64,000 bases of DNA from contig JBLWGC010000104.1 of NCBI GenBank assembly GCA_048772705.1, positions 62,001 through 126,000 on the forward strand, written 5' to 3'. A model generated the notes under the pieces. The model saw only the letters and a list, made by a program, of their open reading frames with translations, did no database searches and was not told the DNA's origin. Positions 23,875 through 35,621 of this stretch are shown here, in pieces. Both the position numbers and the translations under genes were made by a program. Position 1 is the stretch's first letter. Each line of letters begins with the position of its first letter. This DNA is from Leidyana gryllorum EB-2025a. Lineage: Eukaryota; Protista; Apicomplexa.

Positions 23875-26800
23875 TCAGCGTCCCATACGCTCATACACGA
23901 TGTCAATTGCTGCCACCAACGTCATCATCACAATCGCACTCCCCGTATTACTAGGTACATTAGGAATGTTGCTTGTTTGCCTTGCATCCATTCAATCACA
24001 CAATCGCATAATACCATCGATACTTCACGCACGTACGATCGATCGACCAATCTCGCTCGCTCGCTCCGCTCAATCTCACGACGTGGCAACATGCAATTCA
24101 TTCAAGTATCCTTACCAATTACGGTTACTGGATATTTGCAGTGAGTTGCGACTTCGTGAACGAGCTTCTTCCCCTCCGATGATGGGTGTGAATGGCAGAG
24201 CAAGAAGTTCTTGGACACTCAAACCTGCTCCCGTCGCTGCTGGGACCGATGTCCGCTCGCTCGGCGTCGGACATTCCCGTCGGCTAGATGACAGCTCCTT
24301 CGGCAACATTGTCGTCTCGTGGCCATTCACCATTAGATTCTCGCTCGTCCACCGCTGGACAACCGACTTTGGCGTCCCTGCACTCGGCGATGCTCCACTG
24401 CTCTCGGCCAATGGCTGCCCAGTTGCCTTGAACTGCCTTCGCAGGTCGACACCTGATGCAACACGCAAGGCTCCCCTCCAGTCAAACACGCCAGCAGAGC
24501 TTTGGGTTGACATGCTCGTTCGTATGGGCGTCGGCATCAGCTGGTATACGTTCACTTGACCGCAACTCCCCAGTGGCCATCCACCGGGCTCCTTCCCTTC
24601 GGCTTCGCGTAGATTTATCATAACCACGTTGCCCATCAAACTCTGCCACTCCGCCCACTCCTTGCGAGCTTGCTCCAGGCGCTCCGTGTACCGCTAAAGA
24701 CGTTCAGCATCGTCAAAACCAAGTATGGTGGCAACATATATCATCCAACATCCAAAACATCATCTGGGGGGCTCTTGTCAACGCACGGAGGTCACACTCA
24801 ACACAACAACCATTTACACTTATTTACACATATATCATCATCGAGCTGGGGCGATAACATATAACATAATTTACGCCAATATGGCATCATCTATATACCA
24901 CCAACGTCACGCTCTGGGTGTGTCTCCTGTGCGCACACACTTTCCGCACACGCGCGCTCGGCGTCGAAAGTGAGCACGAACACACCCACTGAGAGTGACA
25001 AAGGCCAAAATGCAAGTTTGCTGACGCGTATTATAGTGGCGAATGGTTATATAACCATTTGCTTCACTGGGGTGAAATCTGTTCTGAACACATTTTGTTC
25101 GAACCAATAAGATCAATCAAGCTTTGCGCGTGGTGCTCTGACACTATTCAGTCGGTAGCACACGCAACACACAATGCAGAACACATAATTAGTTCCTTGT
25201 GACGCCTTGATATGTCTTGTAGACAAGGACGCAACCACAATTCGCATGTTGACGCCACAATCACAGATACCATATGTACAAGTATGACAGTCGCGTGTGG
25301 AAATTGAACGTTCTGTTTTCCGAATTATATGCATGATCTGCTTACTTCCGTATAGAGAGCCTGATAGTCGGCTGCCAGCGAGGGAGGCGCGTGAGGAGAT
25401 TGAAGGGTGATAGGAGTTTCCTCAACCCGATCTGCGATCAAGTCAGCCACGTGATGCCATGTTCGGCTGCGAATACATCTCTCCTCATTCCGGAGGCGCC
25501 TACAATTTGTGGATGCGAAATGAGTCTGGCGATGCACCAAGAGCCCACTTACCGCAGTGCTCCCCGCTCCTTGACTGAATGAGACAGGCTTTCTCGCTCA
25601 TCTAGGGCGGGTTCAGAGTTAGGCTCCTCTTTAGCAGCCTCTTTTAATGACTGGAGGGAGATTGACACGACTTCTTGCGATACTTCCTTTTGCCATGGAA
25701 GTCCCACCGCACGAAGGGCAAAGTGCTTCTCCATAATCTCTTCGATGAACGTTCGTAATGCGGGATTCAGTTTCGGAGCAATCTCCGTCGTCAGCTTCCG
25801 AAGAAAAGTGCGCCGGACGTTGCGGTCTGATAGCCATTAATATGTCTTTAGTATCAGACGGATCGCAAGCGATACCCCGATCATAATAACAACAACAACA
25901 ACAACAACGCGTAATCACCATAAAGCATTCGAACGACTTATCGTTCTTGATTCATAAGTGAGGTGAATAAGAGGCTGCCTGCACTTGACCGCTCCAACTA
26001 ACCTCTCCAGAACACCCACACACCCACACACGCAATGCACACCCTTCACACAGTGTGAACGGCTACTCACACACTCACACACTCGGGGACACTCGCACAC
26101 ACACCTGCTTCTACGCACACAAAGCTCACCATGTACACGAAAGAAAGTCAAAGCGTTAGCAGCCTCTGATGTCGGCTCGAGACCAGCAATAGTCTCAGAT
26201 ATTGTCGCTTCCATGCAATAAAATCGGGTAGTAATAACATGTAGTTGGGAAAGAAGGTGTAGGGCGGGATCACGGAGGAACCCGTATACTCTGGGAGCTT
26301 CCAGAGTTCGCGTGCAAGATAGGAGGTTGTAGATCTCGGGGGGAAGGTACAGTGAGCCTTTGGCGCGCAAGGCCACCGATTGTTGTGGAAGTGTCTGTGT
26401 GGGATCCGTTGGAGGGCGCAACTCCTGGGAACGCAGGAAGACATCTTTGAGGGGGAGTAATGACCGGATCTTGTGAGAATCCACCTGGCATATATAGTCG
26501 ACTAAGCTCGCTTCCGGTGCCACCAGAGGTTTCAAGGCAAGGATAAAACTGACGCATTCCCTTTCGGCGGGAGGCATAGCCTGCAGCGCTTTCAATGTGG
26601 ACACGTCCACGTCCTTGCGGCTAGCCTCGGTCGACGGCCCCTCAGACAACCTGCGGAGTTTCGGCGGACGGCCGTGTCTCCATATGTCCAATGTGAGGGG
26701 GGGTCTGCGTCGACTTGGACTCTGTAACCTCTTGCGAGTGCTCGCGGGGGCAACACAGGCTTCGTGTTGCTCCTCCAAATAGGGCGGAGCTGATTCAGAC

Positions 26801-27498
26801 ACAGTCGGTGAGGCAGGTGAGGGGTTGTTTGGCTTCACCGTCGTACTATTAGAAGGAGGTGGTGGTGGTGGTGGTGGTTGTGTCACTTGGGTGCTGTCCG
26901 ACTTCAAATCGAATTCCAAAGAGGTCACATTCTTGCCTACGCGCCAGCCACCCCCAGTAGGCTTGGGTTTGGTGGTAGTGGTGAATGAATATGCACTTTC
27001 TCGGTTGAAGACTGGCAGGGCGCCTGGATCCTCATCTTCCAGTGCGCGACGAACGCGCGCCTGGCTCTGCGGACTCAAACGATCTAGATCCTGTTGAAGC
27101 CCCTCTTTCTCCCGTTGCATGAATTCTTGTAACTGTCGGGCTCCACTGGACTGTACGCTTTCGTCACTCAGCAGACTCGTCCTCAGATGATTCAACGAAG
27201 ACGCGTCTGAACGTGCACTGTCAACCACCGGAGATATCGCCATTGCTCCGGTGGGACGCCGGGAACCCTCATTTTCTGCCTCTCTTCCCTTCCGGTTTCG
27301 TCGGATATTCGACTGCCGGGGACCTTGATCCTCAAGTGGGGGAGGTGGCTTGGGAATTTCCAGCCCTCGTTTTGGCCCTGTACTGCTCTTCTTCTTGGCA
27401 TTCTGGGCACCCGCTGATGTCCGGTTCTGAGCTATTGCTGGAGCCTTGGCACTGGCCTTCACCCCAACGTGGCGGCCCAACTCTTTTCTGAGCACCAA
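23875..27498 (-). CDS. Large multi-exon protein with a poly-Pro tract; possibly a divergent formin (FH1/FH2-like)
   Basis: ORF 25915-27498 has QPPPPPPPP followed by a helical region; further exons at ~25875-25550, 25540-25345, 24690-24115 and 23950-23875 have consensus splice sites. The gene is likely real; the formin call is weak. Confidence 0.4.
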
Positions 27499-28262
27499 TC
27501 ACCATCATCGTCAGATCGCACACTCATCCGTGCACAAAAGTGATCATATCTCAACATTCCACACATATCAAATCATGTGGCTGCCGCCAAGCCGCGTCTC
27601 CATCCTCACGGCCAGTCTCACATACGAGACACCGACTGCCACCACCTATGTATGTTGGAACCCACACAGGCGCGCTTTCGTGTGGCAAACAACACACACT
27701 TGCCACATATGTGTGTGCGGGAAGCCGTGTGACATACGCCTATACACCGGCCACACGCCGCACACACACTTCCTACACACCCCCACACACAGACACGAAG
27801 AGGGTGGGACACACACGTGTGGCAGCCGTGCGACACACGACGTAATGGCACATGGGAACACTCCGCACACACTAACAAGCCGTTGCACACACTATGGGAA
27901 GCTGCGGGGCAAACGCGCACACAGAGTACAATGAAAGAAAGCTGAGTGCTCAGTTCGTGTGTGAGTGATTTGTAGCGGTAGTGGGAAGGGGAACGTGGCG
28001 AAGGCTGGCTGGCTCGCTCGCTCGCTCGCTCACCTCGGGGGAGTAGTGGACGGTTGAATACTCGGGATTCTCGTAGGTGGGTTTTCGGCATGATTGATCT
28101 GGGGACGCGCTATTGGGGGATCTCGTCTGAGTATCCTACCAGTGGCCCGAGAGGGCAATTGCTGCTAGCTCCAGCAAGCTTTGGTGGGGTTAATGGGGCC
28201 ATTGAAGTACAGATATACAGACGAGGCTGCAGGTTTTATCAAATCTCTAACTGCAACACGGC

Positions 28263-31196
28263 TCAAGCAACATAGGTGTACACGTTTGACTGCCCCTGGC
28301 GTGTGAAAAGGTGTTAACCCTAACTATCTGCCGATTAGTCTCACTCACCTCTTCCTCCGAGCGCGCCAGGAAGTCTCGTTGCAGAAGACCTTCAATACAC
28401 TTCTTGATATCTTGAGGCTGAGGCTGAAAGAGACTCAAATGAGCGATCACTTCCGCTATCAGCTGGGCGTGTGTCAAAGACTTCCGCGCCTTCATGACGC
28501 GTACTATCGCGGCCTCGATGGCAATAGAGCGATCCTGCTCAATGTTGTCCTTCGGCTGACCCTCCTCCTGTAAAGGTACGGGCAACTTGAACCTTTTCGC
28601 CGCACAGGTGAACTCTTTGTTCGCCCGGAATGATGGGTTCTCGGGGTCCTCCGGGTTATCAATCTTCAGAACCACCGGCATTTTGCCATACAGACACCTG
28701 AAAAATCCACCACCATCACCATAACACCTGCCGCCACTCACTTGATCTGCTTCCGTAATGTTTGCTCCGGCAACTGAGTGCCCTCAGCCAAAGCCTGGAG
28801 TGTGACGTCCTTGCCGTTTCGGGTGGGCTCGTTGAACAACAGCAACAGAGCAGCTTGAAAACCGGTGCACACCAGATCATGCTCGCGCTTCAATCGAGCC
28901 AACACGATGGCTTGGGCTGCGCACATAAACAGATACCAACGAATCACTCCAAATCACACCGCTTACAAAGAGATGAGATCCAAGTTAATCTTCGATTGTT
29001 CGTCCGTGTGTTGTACCATTGCTTGAACCGTTCGATTCCCTCTTCTATTACACCGGGCAGCCTCATGATTGTCTCTGCATCGCGAAACAGAGAGTAAAAA
29101 CATACTTTTAGATACTCAGGCAGGTTAGCAAATACAATTAGATCCAGAAGAAGACGAAAGCTTCTTCTCGGGGAAGGCACTTACGTGGGTAACTCGGCCA
29201 GTGACCAGTGGTCAGCACCTGCACATTAAAGTCCAAGTGGGGCTGACTCAATGGATGCTGGCGCAGGAAGTGGGCGAAAGCCTCGCGAGGCTCATGGGTC
29301 TCGGCGCTGTCCGCCAACATTCCTTCGAGCTTGCAACTGAAACTATTGCCACATCTGACGGGTAATTACGGATGAGACACCAGACACCACACACGTGTGC
29401 TCACTCCTCTTTCAGCCGGGCCACGAGGTACTTTTCGGCCTCATGTGGCACTCCAGGCGCGCCAATGAGCCGTCTGGCAAGTTGTTGACGATATCCTTCA
29501 GCGAAAAGATCCTTATCCGTCAGATATGTGAACAGTTCGACGAGTTTGCGGATTTCGGCTTCCATTGCTTCTTGGGTAGCGGGTAGCGGAATTGAGGTGT
29601 TAGGTGGTCTCCTGATGAGCTTATCAGCGTAAGTGCACAAGAACGCCGCCATTGGGTATCCGCCCACTTCCCGGTTCATGATCTCCTCAAACGCTGTACA
29701 AACAGACAGATGCGGGGGCAGCAAAATGGGTTACCTTGTTTGAGTGCGCGAGGGAAATGATAGTCGCGTACACCACCGAGTCCATTACTGAAGACTTCAT
29801 CGACGTACTGTTTGTACTTTTGGTGAAGCTGAATAAGTGAGTGTACAAATTCGAGATCCGCGACATCATTGTTGCGGGTGAGGGAGGCAAATGCTCCTTT
29901 GACGATGGGTTTGGCCTTATTAGTGATAGCAGCAGACTTTGCATCGATGATCTTCTTGCCTTCTGCGATGACATACTGTTTGAAGACAGCAGCAATGGGA
30001 GGGAGTCCTTTGTCACACTTCCCGAACAAGTTGAAGCAGCGGTGCAGGTCTTCTTTGGCCTCATTCTGGAGGAGATAGTGGACAGCAGTGGGCATCTGTA
30101 GCAGGCGTGGCTGAGGTTTGACGAGCAAACACTCCTGTAGCGTCTTTTGAAGGACACAGAGCTCATTTCTGCGGCGAATGAGAATGTGGAAGAGGTCGGC
30201 GGTATACCCCTTACTCGAAGAGGAAGAGATGGCTTCGGGCTTCTTCATCTATCAATGCGCGTTCAGTGTGTTTGAGGTAGTCGGCGAAGCTAAGCGTATT
30301 GCTCCACACACTGGCCATCTGAGTGAAGAAACTTTCGGCGCTGCTTATGAGTAGCGGTCGGAGTTTCTCCTGGTAGACAGGTGTGAACTCTACGAGCATC
30401 CCGATCATATCAGTGACAGCCTTGACCAAATCCGCATCGATGGTAGATTGGTACATATAGGAGCCGCTGGTGCTGTCGCAGCTGCGATCGCAGCCAGTTC
30501 GTCTGTCTTGTTCGACCAAATCTAGCATGGCACGGAAGAGAGGTTCTGCTACGGGGGTGTATATCTGCGGGTCAGCATTGGATGATGAGGAGCGGAGGTC
30601 AGCAGTCAGTCAGAACTCACGAAGCGTTCCCACAGCTTTAGTGCTGTTTTGTCTAATGTGTCAAGTCCGGCCAACTTGAGGTAGTAGCGATCCAGATACA
30701 AGAAGAAGCGATGGAGGCACTCTATATAAATTGTGTGATTCCGCCACCTCCTAACCATATTCTTCAGGAAATCAACACCTGTAGGATGACATTCTCGTTT
30801 TATCGTCGGTTCAACCTGAGTGGGGGATAGATTGGAGTGACGAAGCTGGAACGCGCGGTCGGTATCTAACCTTCTCTTTCAGATACTGAGTGACGGATTC
30901 GCGATACCGACTGTACAGTTGCGGCGCATGTCCGTCTTTTTGAGTCGCCAGAGTAAAGACCGTGCTGTGATATGTGTGTCGGTCGTGTTGGCGGATAGTG
31001 TGGGTGCTCACGAATAGAGTTGAGAGTGTTGGTCATTGGTGAAGAGGATAGTCTTGCTGGATCCGTCGGGGTTTTTGATAGATTCGTATCGTGTCTGCCC
31101 CGTTTCCAGGTACTTCTCCACGATTTGAATACCTTCTTCGTTCACAAACCGCCACCCCTGGTCCATATCCATAGCCGCAGTCTCAAGTGGGTGCAT
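28263..31196 (-). CDS. Cullin (CUL1-like) ubiquitin ligase scaffold
   Basis: YLDRYY, FTYLTDKDLFAEGYRQQLARRL, VQVLTTGHWP, RRLTWI; neddylation domain IEQDRSIAIEAAIVRVMKARK...IKKCIEGLLQRDFLAR; ends VYTYVA. Confidence 0.95.
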
Positions 31197-31236
31197 TTAC
31201 TCTCTCTGTGTGAGAAAGGTTAGAACTGTCTGTTTT

Positions 31237-34200
31237 TTATGTGCTACACCTATGCTCTACCATCCTCATCATGTCGTGGTACTGATACATATCCTGACTA
31301 AGCTGCGCAAACCCTCCCCATTCTTGAGCCTTTTGGGCCGAACAGATCTGAACAGACAGAGAATGACACAAAGCTCCCCCTCCAAAGCAAAATCTCACCT
31401 TGTAAGCAGCCTGTCTACGCTCCACTTTCTCCGACACAAACAGCTCCCACAACACACGAACGAACGCATCGTGTAAATGGTCGTGGTACACTATTGTCCT
31501 ACGGGACTTCAGCACATTCCGCATACGGATATCACACAATCCCTGAACCACCGTCGCTGCCACCACTGCTGGAATGAGCACACAATCGGGAATTGGCACT
31601 TCTGGACGACTGGCCGCCGTCTCTCTTGTCGTCTCGCCCTCAAACTCAAACTCGCCGCCACCGCCATAGTCCCATTCCTCGCCGCCATACGAGTATGAAT
31701 GATCCGCCTCGTTGCCACCGTCTTCGCCGCCCTCTGCCACGTCACTCATAAACGCTTCGTGGCCTGCGTCGGCCGCCTCGCCTTCGCCGTCCCCGCTAGC
31801 ATTGCCAACTACATTGTGGTGGAGCACCATCAGCCACGACCACACCCGCAGCCCGTCTTTGAAGGGATACTTGCGAGCAGGAAGTCGGAGCTCTTTCTCG
31901 CTCTGCTTCTTTCGAGCCGCTAATCGCTTCCGTACCGTCCGAGTGGCCATGATATATTGAGCTTTACACCTCCCCAACTCGATCGTATATATATTGTGAT
32001 ACAGTGACAGACCTTCAGCGGCCAAGTTACGTACTTCCTGGTCCTCCAGAGTCAGACCCATCACCAACGCTTCCAAGTGACGTCCGCGTAAACAATTCTC
32101 CAAAAACAGCCGCCGCTTCGCAAACTTCTCTTCCTTCTCGGTGAGGTCCGGAAACAGTCCACAGTCGCCCAACAGTGTGTCGTACACTTCGTCAGACTCC
32201 CAATTCACTCGTGTCCAAAACGGAGTGTTCATATACCACATCCGCAATCCACTCAGAATGACCATCAAACCGGCCCTCCACCGTGCAGTATCGGACGTCC
32301 TGATCAGAGAGTCAATGGTTCCACCATTGATGCAATACATCAGAGCACGAGGATCCAAGTCGGCTTCTGCTGCCGTCTCCGTCTCCGTCTCGGACGAGAC
32401 GGCGCCTGTGTTCAATGTCGATATCACTCGCGCTGCTACCGACTCCGCAATCCAATTCATCCTCTCCTTCCCGCGAACACCAAAAGCTGTCGCTGACAAT
32501 CTGATGATACCATTGAGCATTGCCGTCGAGAGGACTGTCTTCGTACGGGCCACAATGTCTCCAATACTCGTGCACAATGATGTTCTCGTCTTTTCATCGA
32601 CAGGGAGGGAGGTGGCGGTACTGACCAACCGGAGGAGTGTCTCCTCATCAGGAGTCACGTTGGAATGCCGATTGATAGCCCTCAGCTCTTTCATAAGCGC
32701 CGCCAAAGCTGACTGAACCTCCGAGGGCTCTTCCTCGTCCTGTTGTTTGTTGGAGGGAGTGGTCGGCTCAGACGGTTGTGCCACAGAAGCCTTTTCGTCG
32801 GTGGCGATCTGTTTGCGAGCTGCCCACTTTGCCAACTTGGAGACTCTCAGACGCTTCAAAGCTTCCGTCTCCTCTTTCACTCGAGTGAACAGCGGTCGCA
32901 CACTGAGCTCCAAGGATGTGAGGACACCCAAACCCTCACACAGAGTTCTGAGGACGTCTTCGATGACTTGTTGACTCGCCAATTCGCGGTCCCCGATGGC
33001 TTCCAGGAAGGAGTCTTTGCCACCAGTGAAGGGCATATGCAGATTGCGTCGTGGTATACAGCTCGGAGGGGTAACCAGCAAATGACACAGGAGCCCTCGA
33101 CTCAAAGCACTTGCCGTTAACTTCAAAGGACAGTCTTCCCACACCTCGAAAGCCAAGCGGTCACTGGCCACATTGGCTGTCACAGCCAACAGGAATTCTT
33201 GGCGCAGCCGCATCACAGGGCATTTGCCCCGTTGAGGTATGGATGCATACTGAGCCCACACACGCGCTTCGTTTTCGTCAGTGCAGACGCCCAACTTGAG
33301 GAATAACATCCGGAAACTCGCCTCCATTGATGGTAACAGCTTATCGGGTACCGCCTGAGAGGTCGCGATTAACATTGGAAAGTGCTGAATGCTTCTTGTC
33401 ACTTCAGTCAGTGCCGGATATGACCCGGGAGTATCGATCTGTATCATTGTGTGAGTCACAATCTTCAAAAAGAAAGCCGCAACCTCTATCGCCTCCTCTT
33501 CGTAGGAAGACTCGGCCAATGCCCGGAACAGTGTTGAGGGGAAAGTCTTAGCCAAACATAATTTCATTGTGAATGGCACATGCCGGGAGTCACCAATTGA
33601 GCTAAGCTCCTCAACAATTCCGGCATACTGCCGACTGAGCTCTCTGATGAAAGCCATCACAGCATACTTCTCCCCCAACGGCAAAGTCCGCCCGAACACT
33701 CCACCATCTGTCTCCAGCTTTCCGTCAGCAACGAACCGCTCCAATTGTTTCGAAACGCAACTCATTTCCCAATATTGTAACTCGGCTGGTCCTCTCGCAG
33801 CACCTGCTGCCTCCGTAGGTACAATGACTCCGGCCACCATGACGTCCTCATCCTCCGCCTCACCACAGGCCGCTTCTTCGTTCTCGGTCTCCTGAGGGTT
33901 CAAAGCCTTGAGCACTGCATCTTGATACAGATCCTGAAGCTTATATGCTAAGCTCGGGTTCAACCACGATTCGAAGGCATCACCAGACTTTCCCAGCACC
34001 CGCTGGCGGAGCAACGTGAAACGGATAGCCATCAGCAACGCCATCACTCTGCCCGGCTCTGCTGAGGTCGCCTCACTGATCCCCGCCGCAAACCGGGAAC
34101 GCAGCGGTGTCAAACAAGCCAAGTCAGACTTGACAGTCCCACTGACAGTGCCATCCAACGCTCGCGGATCTTGACTGACAGCCAAATTCTCGAGGAAGCG

Positions 34201-35556
34201 CTCATCTTCACCCTTATTGCTGTGAGATTTCGGGTCAGATGGGTAAGAAGGCTCCAAGAGACGTCCAATCCGTGGCCAATGATCCATCTCCATCTCCGCC
34301 TCAGACTCTGTCTCCAACTCCAGTCCAAGAAGGCGGAGGTCAGGACGCACTGCCAAACATAGCAGAGCCATCGACCATGCGGTCTCGTGGGGGGACTTGA
34401 GCCACTGTTCGGCCGTAGGACTGGTCGCAACATGCCGGCACCAGTCTCGGTAGGCCTCCGGTTGCTTGACTAGGATAGTACTCATCACACGCATCATCTG
34501 GGAAGAGTACAACACGTAAGAAGGTAACCGTTTCATGAACTCCAGCACTTCTTCACTTCGCCCAGCGAATGTGAAGTGGTACAGCAACCCACCTTCATCA
34601 TCTGATGATAAGAGAGCTTCCGCAAACTCCTTCAGTTTCTCCGGCTCCAAGTGCAGTCGTCGTGGCAAACTAGCCACATGTTTCAATGAATGCTTTCGGA
34701 ATGCTTCAGATAGTAACGCAGCCTTGGCCTTCCCTCTGCATTTGGACACCAACTGCGAGAACTTGGACAGCCACCGTAATGCAGGTTCCGCGGAGGATTC
34801 ACTTAGTACTGGTAACACGCTGAAGGCGGCTTCTATCATGGAGCGGCACTTCAGATCCGCAGGAGCGGCAGTGAATGTCTTGGCACAGTACCAAGCCACC
34901 TTGAGCCAGACATGGGCACATAGTGCGGTGATTTGATCGCCTTTACGAGTGAGCACACGTGTGTGGTCGCTGTCAGGATCGACGCCAATGGGGTTGACTG
35001 TCGCCGCTTGAGACGCCAGGCGGAGCCACAAGGCGCTTTGTGGACGAAAGGTCAAAAGGATGGCTCGAACTTGCTCTTGCTGCCGTGGATGCCATGGAGC
35101 GTCATCGAAAGCTGTCAAAAGGGCGTGGAGGAGATATAAGAGGCCCAGACCTCTCAGGTCCGAGGCCTTGCGGTCCGAGGCGAAGTTTTCAACCAGCTGA
35201 GGGACTAATGTGTCATGGGCGAAGTGGTCTGAGAGCTTGACACCCTTGAGTGCCAGGTGGCCTAACAAAAATGCAAGTCTATCCGCGAGTCCAGTTGGAG
35301 CTTGCAGGCTGGTCCAGTGGGTGGTGAGTGCCAGCCAAAGGTTCGTGGCTTCCACTCCATTGGGTGAAGTATCAATCCAGTGGCGGATTTCGGTTTGTGA
35401 AACAACTCGCTTGACTTTCTTAGAGGATTGTGCTTCAGAAACCAAACTTTCAGCGAGTGCGACTTCAACTTCCACCACAGAACTTCTTACGTCATCCAGG
35501 GACTTGGGAAGACCCACAGCCCACAAAGCCAACCTCTCCCCTAAGGACCCAAGCAT
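31237..35556 (-). CDS. Large (~1400 aa) alpha-helical hypothetical protein
   Basis: Uninterrupted ORF; true start likely MLGSLGERL at 35556 because the upstream part is antisense to UAP1 exons; Leu/Ala-rich, HEAT/ARM-like composition. Confidence 0.7.
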   Translation of the reverse strand: MLGSLGERLALWAVGLPKSLDDVRSSVVEVEVALAESLVSEAQSSKKVKRVVSQTEIRHWIDTSPNGVEATNLWLALTTHWTSLQAPTGLADRLAFLLGHLALKGVKLSDHFAHDTLVPQLVENFASDRKASDLRGLGLLYLLHALLTAFDDAPWHPRQQEQVRAILLTFRPQSALWLRLASQAATVNPIGVDPDSDHTRVLTRKGDQITALCAHVWLKVAWYCAKTFTAAPADLKCRSMIEAAFSVLPVLSESSAEPALRWLSKFSQLVSKCRGKAKAALLSEAFRKHSLKHVASLPRRLHLEPEKLKEFAEALLSSDDEGGLLYHFTFAGRSEEVLEFMKRLPSYVLYSSQMMRVMSTILVKQPEAYRDWCRHVATSPTAEQWLKSPHETAWSMALLCLAVRPDLRLLGLELETESEAEMEMDHWPRIGRLLEPSYPSDPKSHSNKGEDERFLENLAVSQDPRALDGTVSGTVKSDLACLTPLRSRFAAGISEATSAEPGRVMALLMAIRFTLLRQRVLGKSGDAFESWLNPSLAYKLQDLYQDAVLKALNPQETENEEAACGEAEDEDVMVAGVIVPTEAAGAARGPAELQYWEMSCVSKQLERFVADGKLETDGGVFGRTLPLGEKYAVMAFIRELSRQYAGIVEELSSIGDSRHVPFTMKLCLAKTFPSTLFRALAESSYEEEAIEVAAFFLKIVTHTMIQIDTPGSYPALTEVTRSIQHFPMLIATSQAVPDKLLPSMEASFRMLFLKLGVCTDENEARVWAQYASIPQRGKCPVMRLRQEFLLAVTANVASDRLAFEVWEDCPLKLTASALSRGLLCHLLVTPPSCIPRRNLHMPFTGGKDSFLEAIGDRELASQQVIEDVLRTLCEGLGVLTSLELSVRPLFTRVKEETEALKRLRVSKLAKWAARKQIATDEKASVAQPSEPTTPSNKQQDEEEPSEVQSALAALMKELRAINRHSNVTPDEETLLRLVSTATSLPVDEKTRTSLCTSIGDIVARTKTVLSTAMLNGIIRLSATAFGVRGKERMNWIAESVAARVISTLNTGAVSSETETETAAEADLDPRALMYCINGGTIDSLIRTSDTARWRAGLMVILSGLRMWYMNTPFWTRVNWESDEVYDTLLGDCGLFPDLTEKEEKFAKRRLFLENCLRGRHLEALVMGLTLEDQEVRNLAAEGLSLYHNIYTIELGRCKAQYIMATRTVRKRLAARKKQSEKELRLPARKYPFKDGLRVWSWLMVLHHNVVGNASGDGEGEAADAGHEAFMSDVAEGGEDGGNEADHSYSYGGEEWDYGGGGEFEFEGETTRETAASRPEVPIPDCVLIPAVVAATVVQGLCDIRMRNVLKSRRTIVYHDHLHDAFVRVLWELFVSEKVERRQAAYKVRFCFGGGALCHSLSVQICSAQKAQEWGGFAQLSQDMYQYHDMMRMVEHRCST

Positions 35557-35621
35557 CCACTGTTTTTTTTTGACAGTTTGAGGATGGAAGCGACTATTTC
35601 GGTAGGTTGCTTGGGGAGCGG

